Assembly (NCBI GenBank): GCA_003858585.1
Contig: RQZE01000002.1
Location: 90,001-122,000 of the forward strand
DNA: 32,000 bases
Direction of reading: 5' to 3'
DNA from: Erysipelotrichaceae bacterium OH741_COT-311
GTDB taxonomy: Bacteria; Bacillota_I; Bacilli_A; Erysipelotrichales; Erysipelotrichaceae
The stretch's first letter is position 1, and every line of letters begins with the position of its first letter. The position numbers were made by a program, and so were the translations under genes. Shown here piece by piece: positions 17,592 to 25,104 of the stretch. Under the pieces are notes generated by a model, which had not been told where the DNA came from, made no database searches, and saw only the letters and a list, made by a program, of their open reading frames with translations.

Positions 17592-18407
17592 ATGGAAGAA
17601 TTAGTGAATTATAAATCAAAAGAAAAAAGAAAACAATATACCAAAGAGCCTCGCTTCATGTTTATATTTGTTGGTTGGAAATTACTTGGTCTGATAGCTA
17701 CTATATTTTTTTATGCGTTTATTTTAATTGGTTACATTAATTTTCAACAAGAGACATGGCTTGTTAGATTTGTTTCTCTAATAATTATTTCTCCTTTTGT
17801 AGCTATATTTTGGGGTTCTATAAAGTACATCGCTCATGTATCAAACTTATTATTAGTGCGTGAAGAATATAGTTTAAAAGAGGTATTTGCCTCTTTATTG
17901 AAGAATTTTGGAAAAGTTTTCTTATATGAAGTTATTTTATTTTTAGCAAAAGTACTTTATTTTATATTTGTAATAAAAGTATTAGAAAGTGATGTTGTTC
18001 AAAATAGTGATGTAGCAAATTCTATTGGTTACTTTTTCATCATACTAGCTCTTGTATTTTATATCGGAGTGAATCGTTTTTCCTTTCGTAATATGTTTTT
18101 TCACGATCATATTTATGAACCTACGGTTTGTAACAGAATGGAAAAATTAGTAAATGTTTTTACACGTAAAGCAAACTTAACAATTGATAGTTACATTATG
18201 AAAGGTATATTTATATGTATTTTAGTTCCTATATTTATATTGAATATGTTATATTTTGCTGCAAATAATCCTGTATCCATGATGTTTTCTATCTTATTCC
18301 ATGCGTTTGCGTATTTAACTATGCATTCATTGCTTAATATGTTTGATCAGGGATATTACTATGCTATAGAGTATGAAGATATAAAAAAAGAAATTGAGTT
18401 ATACTAA
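17592..18407 (+). CDS. Multi-pass membrane protein (271 aa), paralog A of the 23111 gene; possibly DUF975-like
   Basis: AAGGGGA at 17578-17584 precedes ATG 17592 (MEELVNYKSK). There are at least 5 hydrophobic helices. It shares FWG(S/Y)IKY(I/F)A(H/N)V..L..VREE, an ..R..F.....HD block and a C-terminal YY motif with the ORF at 23111. The family name is a recollection, not a search result. Confidence 0.6.
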   Translation: MEELVNYKSKEKRKQYTKEPRFMFIFVGWKLLGLIATIFFYAFILIGYINFQQETWLVRFVSLIIISPFVAIFWGSIKYIAHVSNLLLVREEYSLKEVFASLLKNFGKVFLYEVILFLAKVLYFIFVIKVLESDVVQNSDVANSIGYFFIILALVFYIGVNRFSFRNMFFHDHIYEPTVCNRMEKLVNVFTRKANLTIDSYIMKGIFICILVPIFILNMLYFAANNPVSMMFSILFHAFAYLTMHSLLNMFDQGYYYAIEYEDIKKEIELY

Positions 18408-18517
18408 CTAAATCAATAGAATTAGTATGGACTATGTTGTTTTTGGAGTAACATGCTAGGATATATCTTTTAAAAATAGATATAGAAAACAGATAGTTTT
18501 TGTTTATAAGGGAGAAA

Positions 18518-19036
18518 ATGATGATTATTTTAATAACGGGAGCATCGCATACAGGAAAGACCGTTCTTGCTCAAAAATTACTTGAGAAATATAAATATCC
18601 TTATTTATCAATAGATCATTTGAAAATGGGATTAATTCGTAGTGGAATTACAACACTTACACTAGATGATGACGATAGGCTTACAGAATATCTTTGGCCA
18701 ATTGTTTGTGAAATGATTAAGACTGCAATAGAGAATAAACAAAATCTAATTGTGGAAGGGTGTTATATTCCATTTGATTGGAAAAAAGATTTTGTAAAAG
18801 AATATCTTGATAATATCAGATATTATTGTCTCGTTATGAGTGAAAGTTATATTAAGAATCATTTTGATAATATAAAAAAATATGCACGTGTGATTGAAAA
18901 TCGTATTGATGATGAATGGTGTACAATGGAACATGTTTTAAATGAGAATGCAAAATTTCTTGCAAGTGCAAAAAAATATGATGCAAATATCGTTTTTATT
19001 GATGACTGTTACGAAATAGATTTTGATATATATTAA
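18518..19036 (+). CDS. P-loop NTPase/kinase-like protein (172 aa; a type often annotated 2-phosphoglycerate kinase-like or AAA ATPase)
   Basis: AAGGGAG at 18509-18515 precedes ATG 18518. Walker A is ILITGASHTGKTVLAQKL. A Walker-B-like element is NLIVEGCYIP. Confidence 0.65.
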   Translation: MMIILITGASHTGKTVLAQKLLEKYKYPYLSIDHLKMGLIRSGITTLTLDDDDRLTEYLWPIVCEMIKTAIENKQNLIVEGCYIPFDWKKDFVKEYLDNIRYYCLVMSESYIKNHFDNIKKYARVIENRIDDEWCTMEHVLNENAKFLASAKKYDANIVFIDDCYEIDFDIY

Positions 19037-19228
19037 AAATCTGTAAAAAAAGATTATTGAAAACGAAGTATAGAAAACTAATACTCCCTTTTTAAATGAA
19101 TTTTATATTACAAAATATAAAATGGTATGTTTTGGTAATCTAAAAAGAAAATATGATAGAAAAAAGTGAAAGCATAGTGCAAGTGAAAAAATGTAGATAC
19201 AAGCTATCAAATTGCAAAATTTATTTTG

Positions 19229-19259
19229 TTGATATATATCAAACTATTTTTGATATAAT
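19229..19259 (+). promoter_or_regulatory. Extended -10 promoter preceded by a perfect 14-bp palindrome (candidate operator)
   Basis: TTGATATATATCAA (19229-19242) is its own reverse complement. The extended -10 TGaTATAAT is at 19251-19259, 35 nt before the TTG start at 19294. Confidence 0.45.
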
Positions 19260-19293
19260 ATGAAAATAAATTATTAACGAAAGGAAAAAATGC

Positions 19294-20034
19294 TTGAAAA
19301 ATATAAAATTCAATGCTACGCATTTAAAACTAATAGCTATTATTGCTATGACTATTGATCATCTGGCTTGGTTGTTGTATCCGGGACTTACAAAAGAGCT
19401 TATTCCGGTAAGTATGCACATGATTGGAAGACTTACAGCACCAATTATGTGGTATTTCATTGCAGAAGGGTGCTATTTTACAAAAAATATAAAGCGATAT
19501 TTTATAAGAGTATTTATTTTTGCAACCATAAGTCATTTCGCGTTTTGCTTCGGTCTGGGGATTTCATATAATCCCATGGTGGGAAATCTGTTTAATAAAA
19601 CAAGCGTATTATTTCCACTATCTTTGTCAATACTATTGATTTGGATTTTTAGAAATGAAAAAATTAAAAATAATATAAAAATTTTATCTATCGTCATTTT
19701 GTGCCTTATAACATTTGTTGCAGATTGGTCATCCATTGCTTTGATGATGCCATTTTTTTTATACCAACATAGAGAGCATAAAAAGAAACAAGTTATGGAT
19801 TATATTATATGGATTAGTGTGTATGCTTGCATTTATATTCTATTTATAGATATTTTTTACGGCATTTTGCAATTGACAACCTTGTTTTCCCTTTTTCTAT
19901 TGTGGAATTATGATGGCACTAGAGGAAAAGAAATTGGGAGTAAATGGTTCTTTTATTACTATTATCCGGCACATTTAGTTGTAATTGGCATATTAAGAAT
20001 TTTAATGCATGGAAACATTTCTCTTGTATTATAG
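19294..20034 (+). CDS. TraX-family membrane protein (246 aa)
   Basis: The N-terminal signature HLKLIAIIAMTIDHLAWLLYPG is typical of the TraX family. The protein is polytopic. The start is TTG, with AAGGAA at 19281-19286. Confidence 0.7.
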   Translation: MKNIKFNATHLKLIAIIAMTIDHLAWLLYPGLTKELIPVSMHMIGRLTAPIMWYFIAEGCYFTKNIKRYFIRVFIFATISHFAFCFGLGISYNPMVGNLFNKTSVLFPLSLSILLIWIFRNEKIKNNIKILSIVILCLITFVADWSSIALMMPFFLYQHREHKKKQVMDYIIWISVYACIYILFIDIFYGILQLTTLFSLFLLWNYDGTRGKEIGSKWFFYYYYPAHLVVIGILRILMHGNISLVL

Positions 20035-20061
20035 TAAATATCAATAAGGTTAATGAAAAGA

Positions 20062-20089
20062 AAGTAGGTAGGAGCCTATTTACTTTTTT
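20062..20089 (+). terminator. Weak putative terminator after the TraX-family gene
   Basis: AAGTAGGTA (20062-20070) pairs with TATTTACTT (20077-20085) to give 9 bp including two G-U pairs. The loop is GGAGCC and TTTT follows. Confidence 0.35.
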
Positions 20090-20658
20090 GTTGTCAAAAT
20101 AAAAGTAAGAGTCAAAAAAGTTTAAATAATCATCAAAAAGGTATTGAAATAGAAGTGTTAGAATAATGAATACTTAAGATTACGGAATATGAGTTTTTTA
20201 TTAAAATAATAAATGTTGTTGTATATATGGAAAAGAAATTAGGGAAATACAAATTTATAGTTGAAGAGTAGTAATTTTAACAACTTACAGTAGATTTTAA
20301 AAATATTGTAGGATCTGAATTTAAACAAAATTTATTTCGATTTCATGAAATACAAAGTTTAAAATTTAGTAAAAAAGATAATGTTCAAATAGATTCCATA
20401 ATATTAACTGAATAGGAGTGAAATATAGATATAAAAAGTAGAATAACACTATGATAGAATATTCAATCAAAATTACTGCACAGTATTCTCGGTTTTTAGC
20501 TTTTTAAGGCGCTTTCCCTTTCTCATCTGATAAATTTGTCATCACAAAGCATAAGAATTGAGGACTACGACAAGAGGACTCTTGTTTATATATCGAATTC
20601 TTTCCGCAAGAAAAAAATAAAATTATAGTAGTTCAAGAGGAACAATCATCTTAATTAA

Positions 20659-20706
20659 ATGACAAAATACGGGAAAAGTGATACAATGAAACAATCAAAA
20701 ATTTGA
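20659..20706 (+). repeat. Copy 1 of a duplicated promoter-like / mini-ORF module
   Basis: ATGACA (20659-20664), 17-nt spacer, TGaTACAAT (-10 at 20682-20687). This overlaps ATG 20686 of a 6-codon ORF, ATG AAA CAA TCA AAA ATT TGA (MKQSKI*). Confidence 0.6.
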
Positions 20707-20734
20707 AAGATCAGATTTTGGATAGATAATCTAA

Positions 20735-20899
20735 ATGAAGGCTGTTGTTATATATGTTCATGGCAAGGGTGGCAATGCAGAAGAAGTGAATCACTATAAA
20801 CAGTTTTTGATTATTGATGATAAAGAAAGCTATTTCATTGGTACGTCCATAAAAGATGCTGGCAAGAGGAGTGTTGTTATAACTTATAACAAAGTTTGA
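20735..20899 (+). pseudogene. Chimeric gene fragment: an alpha/beta-hydrolase-like N-terminus fused to an unrelated C-terminal remnant (54 aa)
   Basis: The translation is MKAVVIYVHGKGGNAEEVNHYKQF|LIIDDKESYFIGTSIKDAGKRSVVITYNKV*. The first 24 aa look like the start of small Firmicute alpha/beta hydrolases (the VIYVHGKGGNAEE strand-loop). The remainder lacks the nucleophile elbow and looks like a different protein's C-terminus. Confidence 0.4.
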
Positions 20900-21037
20900 A
20901 TACGAAAAATAGTTTAGTATTTGATAAATAAGGTGATGTAGAATATAGTGAATTTGTTGAAAGTAAAAAAAGAAAGCATGCCGGTATATTAGAAAAGCAT
21001 AAAAGCGATAAATAACGAAGACGAGAGTGTAGTGAGA

Positions 21038-21574
21038 ATGACAAATAACATGATGATTAAAATATATAAAGAAGAAGAAATTCAAAAGATAATTGACTAT
21101 GTATCTGAGTTATATGATAAAGTTTATAAAGATAGTATTACAGAGAAAGGTCACCTAAAGGACAGAATTAATAATAGTTTAAAATTAAAAAGGAATACCA
21201 TTATTTTAACAGAAGAACATGATGGACAGATAATTGGTGTTTTATTTGGATTTGATTTTAAAAAAGAAAACTGGTGGGCACAACAAATTATTGATACTTT
21301 ACCGAAAGAAATAAATTGGTTTAATAATTCATTTGAACTGAATGAATTGTTTGTTGATCGTAATTTTCAAGGCAGAAAAGTTGGATATGACTTATTGAGT
21401 TATTTATTCAATATTGGATTTGATTATATTTTATTAAGTGTTAAAAAAACCAATGAAAAAGCCATTCATTTATACAACAAATTAGGATATGAGAGTATTG
21501 AAAAAGACGATTTTTATTTCAAAAATGGAACGGAACCATTTAAGATAATGTGTAAAAATAATAAAAATAACTAA
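21038..21574 (+). CDS. GNAT-family N-acetyltransferase (178 aa)
   Basis: The acetyl-CoA motif A is LNELFVDRNFQGRKVGYDLLSYL. This is followed by ILLSVKKTNEKAIHLYNKLGYE. The start is uncertain (ATG 21038, 21050 or 21053; weak SD). Confidence 0.75.
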   Translation: MTNNMMIKIYKEEEIQKIIDYVSELYDKVYKDSITEKGHLKDRINNSLKLKRNTIILTEEHDGQIIGVLFGFDFKKENWWAQQIIDTLPKEINWFNNSFELNELFVDRNFQGRKVGYDLLSYLFNIGFDYILLSVKKTNEKAIHLYNKLGYESIEKDDFYFKNGTEPFKIMCKNNKNN

Positions 21575-21672
21575 ATAACAAACCTAAATTTGAAGATTGA
21601 CAAATGGTTTTGTGAAAGGTATGGATATTTTAATAACGTGAAAAGAACTATCTATTTAGAAGGGAGAAATAT

Positions 21673-22068
21673 ATGAAACTAAAAAGAAAAGTGATTAGAA
21701 ATGGTCTGCTGAGAGGTGGAATCTTATTGATTATTATGGGTATCGGCACATATTTTACTTATAAAAGCGGAGATCTAAAGCAATTTCGGATGATGGTTGC
21801 AATTACGGTTATATCGGCTTCGGTATCAGGATTTTCGGCATTATATGACTATGATGTTTGGAGCGTTAAGAAAAAAATTACTCTTCATACTATAGCTATG
21901 CTTTTCACCGTTTATCCGGCTTTGTTATACAGCGGATGGTTTGATACAAGTAAGATTTCAGGTTACTTTATTGCATTAGCTTCTTTTGCAGGAGTTGGAA
22001 TTGTACTTGCTTCTATCGGCTATTTGGTGAGTAAATATATACTGAAAAATATTCCGGAAGAAAAATGA
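21673..22068 (+). CDS. Small membrane protein (131 aa), DUF3021-like
   Basis: AGGGAG at 21661-21666 precedes ATG 21673. There are four hydrophobic helices. The central motif YDYDVWSVKKKITLHTIAMLF resembles the W-x-x-x-K...H signature I associate with DUF3021. There is no LytTR partner nearby. Confidence 0.5.
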   Translation: MKLKRKVIRNGLLRGGILLIIMGIGTYFTYKSGDLKQFRMMVAITVISASVSGFSALYDYDVWSVKKKITLHTIAMLFTVYPALLYSGWFDTSKISGYFIALASFAGVGIVLASIGYLVSKYILKNIPEEK

Positions 22069-22069
22069 T

Positions 22070-22264
22070 TTTGTAAAAGATTTTATCAAAGTCAATTTCG
22101 TTTTGTTTCCAAGGGGTACAGAAGAACTTGAAGTATATGAATGGTCAACAGATTGGTCAAACTATTTTGACGGAGGGCACGAATGGTGTGGTAGTGCATG
22201 CTGGAGTGTTTATGACAAGTACATGAAGCGATATGTTGTCATAATGGCATCAACAACAGAGTGA
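22070..22264 (+). pseudogene. 3' fragment of an unidentified gene (no start codon; about 65 codons open)
   Basis: The frame is open only from a stop at 22043. It reads ...DFIKVNFVLFPRGTEELEVYEWSTDWSNYFDGGHEWCGSACWSVYDKYMKRYVVIMASTTE* (TGA 22262-22264). It has no ATG or SD and sits directly after the stop of the previous gene, in another frame. Confidence 0.5.
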
Positions 22265-22302
22265 TAATTCCCGTTATGTTTAATTGAATATAATAATTTA
22301 AG

Positions 22303-22337
22303 AAACAGTAAATCAGAATAGGTTTACTGTTTTTTGC
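22303..22337 (+). terminator. Rho-independent terminator
   Basis: AAACAGTAAA (22303-22312), 10-nt loop, TTTACTGTTT (22323-22332), then TTTTGC. Confidence 0.7.
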
Positions 22338-22403
22338 TAAATTTTAGCATAAAAAGCATTAATAAATACAAAAAGGTAGTTTGTAAAACGCTCTTTAGAT
22401 TGC

Positions 22404-22451
22404 ATGACAAAGCATAAGGAAAGTGATACAATGAAGCAGTCAGATATGTGA
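22404..22451 (+). repeat. Copy 2 of the duplicated promoter-like / mini-ORF module
   Basis: ATGACA (22404-22409), 17-nt spacer, TGaTACAAT (-10 at 22427-22432). This overlaps ATG 22431 of ATG AAG CAG TCA GAT ATG TGA (MKQSDM*). The core AAGTGATACAATGAA is 15/15 identical to copy 1. Confidence 0.6.
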
Positions 22452-22506
22452 TTTATGATTAATAAAAATAAATAGATGATAAAATAATTGAGTAATGGAG
22501 GGAAAA

Positions 22507-22893
22507 ATGTTACTTTTACATGTAGAAGAAAAGGATCATTGGCTTATATCACATTGGTCTTTGACGTATCGAGTGGGCTGGGAACAATTACTGAAGGCTT
22601 CTGTTTTTGCTTCAACAGACTATATTCAATTAGAAGTGTTAGCAGATAACGATATAATACCAATAAAAAATAAAGATGAAATTATGGATCTTGAAGAAAA
22701 GGGTAGTATTTGTATTCGAGGTTTATCGAAAATGCTTAAGGTTCCAGTTATGATGACTTTTCATAATCAGACAGGTGTTGTGGTGGTAAGTGTTGCGATG
22801 GCTAATGATGAGTTTTCAAAAGCGGATTATGAGAAATTTAATAAATCTATGAGCCAGTATTTGAATAGTATTGAATTATCTATGTATAGATAA
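22507..22893 (+). CDS. Hypothetical protein (128 aa), no recognisable family
   Basis: GGAGG at 22497-22501 lies 5 nt before ATG 22507 (MLLLHVEEKDHWLISHW...). The track start at 22495 is also possible. The predicted product is soluble. Confidence 0.6.
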   Translation: MLLLHVEEKDHWLISHWSLTYRVGWEQLLKASVFASTDYIQLEVLADNDIIPIKNKDEIMDLEEKGSICIRGLSKMLKVPVMMTFHNQTGVVVVSVAMANDEFSKADYEKFNKSMSQYLNSIELSMYR

Positions 22894-22991
22894 TGGAACA
22901 GTTGTTAGCGTTTATCCTTGTTAGTTTTTTTGGATTCATTTTATCTTTTTACAAGAATACCGTTTTATTGAACTTTGAACATGATTCCTAA
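22893..22991 (+). CDS. Possible 32-aa hydrophobic peptide, stop-start coupled to the preceding gene
   Basis: There is a TAATG overlap at 22891-22895. The peptide is MEQLLAFILVSFFGFILSFYKNTVLLNFEHDS*, with one TM-like segment. It has no independent SD and could be the remnant of a membrane-protein N-terminus. Confidence 0.25.
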   Translation: MEQLLAFILVSFFGFILSFYKNTVLLNFEHDS

Positions 22992-23110
22992 TTACAGCAT
23001 GGGTTCTATTCATAGATAAAGAAAGCGTTATGAAATTTGATGATGGATACTTCCGTAAAAAATATGAAGAGCTAAAATAATGATACTAAATAATGATAAG
23101 AGGTATGGAG

Positions 23111-23851
23111 ATGAACTATGCTGATTTTATGAAAGAATATAAATATTATAAAAAAAGACTCACAGGCATTTTTATTTTGTGGGCAATTATATTAAGTAGT
23201 ATATTTTTTGTAATTATGTATTATTTATTAAATATATTGTCACATGGACCTGAAACTCAGATGGCTTTTTTGTATTTATTTGTAATGTTTGTTTTTTGGG
23301 GTTATATTAAATATTTTGCTAATGTAATTGTATTGAAGAAAGTACGTGAAGAGCATCGAATTTTTGATTCACTGCAATCTGTTTATAATCATTGGCTTCC
23401 CATTGCTAAGCAAGAGATATTTTTTATTGTTATGCGTTTTTTATTTTTCTTTGCGATGGTTTTGATAAGCTTAATTGAAGTTGTTGAGTTGAATTTTTAT
23501 GAAAGTATGCTTAGTATCTATTTAGGCTTTTTAATGTATAATATTATTTTTTCTCGTTATGGCTTTTCTTCATTTGAGATTCATGATAAAAAAAATCATG
23601 GATTTTTTGCAAGAATGATGAATAAGGAGAATTGGTATCAGCTTAGTTCTTATATTTTAAGAAGCAATAGTATTTATTTTATGTTTTTGTTTATTTATAT
23701 TGGATTGGTAATTGGGGCTGAAACATTAGGGATAAATGCGGAAACTATGGCATGGATAAGTGTATTTTTTGTGATCTTTACTTATGGAAATGTATTTGAT
23801 ATTGTATTGTCCAAGGCAATTTATTATGAAGCATTATATAAAACAAAATAA
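23111..23851 (+). CDS. Multi-pass membrane protein (246 aa), paralog B of the 17592 gene; possibly DUF975-like
   Basis: TAAGAGG at 23097-23103 lies 7 nt before ATG 23111 (MNYADFMKEYK). Alternative starts are 23093 and 23105. See paralog A for the shared motifs. The next gene starts 12 nt downstream. Confidence 0.6.
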   Translation: MNYADFMKEYKYYKKRLTGIFILWAIILSSIFFVIMYYLLNILSHGPETQMAFLYLFVMFVFWGYIKYFANVIVLKKVREEHRIFDSLQSVYNHWLPIAKQEIFFIVMRFLFFFAMVLISLIEVVELNFYESMLSIYLGFLMYNIIFSRYGFSSFEIHDKKNHGFFARMMNKENWYQLSSYILRSNSIYFMFLFIYIGLVIGAETLGINAETMAWISVFFVIFTYGNVFDIVLSKAIYYEALYKTK

Positions 23852-23863
23852 AAAGGAGATTTT

Positions 23864-24529
23864 ATGTATAAGGCCATTATATTTGATTTAGATAACACTT
23901 TGATTAATCGACAACAGGCTGCTTATTATTGTTATAAAGATATTGTTTTAAAGTATATTCCACACATCAAGGAAGATCAAGCTGAAGTGGAAAATGCGGT
24001 ACAATATGCTTTAAATTGTGATGAATTCGGTCATATTTCTAAAGCAATTCCTATTCATAAGTTGGCTAGTAAATATGAGATAAATGAACACGTAGAGAAT
24101 GAAATGCTAGCACATTGGTATACGCACTTTGCAAGTTATACACTTCCTTTTGAAGGAAGTAAGGAAGTTGTTTTGAAACTAAAAGAGAAATACAAACTTG
24201 GTATTTTAACAAATGGTACGGTAGAAGTACAAGGAGGAAAGTTAAAAAAGCTTGGTTATGCCGATTTGTTTGATGCGATTGTTATTAGTGGTGAAGACAA
24301 CATACATAAACCTGAATTACAGCCATATGAAAAGTGCTGTAAGCTATTAGGTGTTAAAAGGGAAGAGTGTATCTTTGTCGGAGATACGTTTCATACGGAT
24401 ATTATTGGAGCGATTAGGGCAAATATGTTTCCTGTTTGGTTAAATTATGATCGTAGTCGACCTAGTACTTATCCGATTATACGAATTTATAATATTTTAG
24501 AATTGTTAGAAGTAATAGAAGGGCTATAG
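23864..24529 (+). CDS. HAD-superfamily hydrolase, subfamily IA (221 aa)
   Basis: AAAGGAG at 23852-23858. Motif I is IIFDLDNTL, motif II is LGILTNG, and motif IV is FVGDTFHTDIIGA. Confidence 0.85.
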   Translation: MYKAIIFDLDNTLINRQQAAYYCYKDIVLKYIPHIKEDQAEVENAVQYALNCDEFGHISKAIPIHKLASKYEINEHVENEMLAHWYTHFASYTLPFEGSKEVVLKLKEKYKLGILTNGTVEVQGGKLKKLGYADLFDAIVISGEDNIHKPELQPYEKCCKLLGVKREECIFVGDTFHTDIIGAIRANMFPVWLNYDRSRPSTYPIIRIYNILELLEVIEGL

Positions 24530-24545
24530 CCTTTTTATTTTTGGT
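24519..24545 (+). terminator. Putative terminator overlapping the HAD stop codon
   Basis: AAGGGC (24519-24524), loop TATA, GCCTTT (24529-24534; one G-U pair), then TTATTTTT. Confidence 0.45.
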
Positions 24546-24562
24546 TTTCCTTATGAAAATGA

Positions 24563-24591
24563 TTGACTTTATAGGCTATTTAGGTTATTAT
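24563..24591 (+). promoter_or_regulatory. Putative rplM-rpsI promoter
   Basis: TTGACT (24563-24568), 17-nt spacer, TATTAT (24586-24591). Confidence 0.55.
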
Positions 24592-24653
24592 TTTAATCGG
24601 CAACTTATGCCAATTGTAGCCCCGGAAACTACATTTGGAAAGAGGTAAAAAAT

Positions 24654-25091
24654 ATGCGTCAAACAACTATGGCTAAGCCAAGCACAGTAGTTCGTCAATG
24701 GTATGTTGTTGATGGAACTGGATGTACATTAGGGCGTCTTGCAAGTGAGGTTGCAACAGTATTAAGAGGAAAACATAAACCTACTTATACACCTAATGTT
24801 GATTGCGGAGATTATGTAATTGTTATCAATGCAGATAAAATTGTAATCACAGGTGATCAAGATTATAAAAAATTCTACTACAGTCATTCACAATATCCAG
24901 GTGGATTACGTACACGTTCAACACGTGTAATGAGAGAAAAATACACAGTGGAATGGGTTGAAAAAGCTATTCACGGTATGCTTCCTCATACAAAACTTGG
25001 AAATGTAATGCGTAAGCATGTATTTGTTTACAAAGGAAGTGAACATCCACATGCTGCACAAAAACCAATTGAGTTAAAGATTAAAGGATAG
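24654..25091 (+). CDS. rplM: 50S ribosomal protein L13
   Basis: AAGAGG at 24640-24645. Sequence: MRQTTMAKPSTVVRQWYVVDG...GRLASEVATVLRGKHKPTYTP. Confidence 0.97.
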   Translation: MRQTTMAKPSTVVRQWYVVDGTGCTLGRLASEVATVLRGKHKPTYTPNVDCGDYVIVINADKIVITGDQDYKKFYYSHSQYPGGLRTRSTRVMREKYTVEWVEKAIHGMLPHTKLGNVMRKHVFVYKGSEHPHAAQKPIELKIKG

Positions 25092-25104
25092 GAGGAATTA
25101 AGAC

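Noticed and set aside
20711-21085. 124-aa minus-strand ORF spanning the graveyard/GNAT junction.
   Set aside because: The sequence is low-complexity and rich in F, Y, I and N. It overlaps the GNAT start and the plus-strand hydrolase-like fragment. It has no SD and no recognisable motif, so it is most likely a chance ORF in ~25% GC DNA.
21597-21625. Promoter TTGACA-17-TATGGA upstream of the DUF3021-like gene.
   Set aside because: The -35 is perfect but the -10 matches only 4/6 and has no TG extension. This is too weak to list as a feature.
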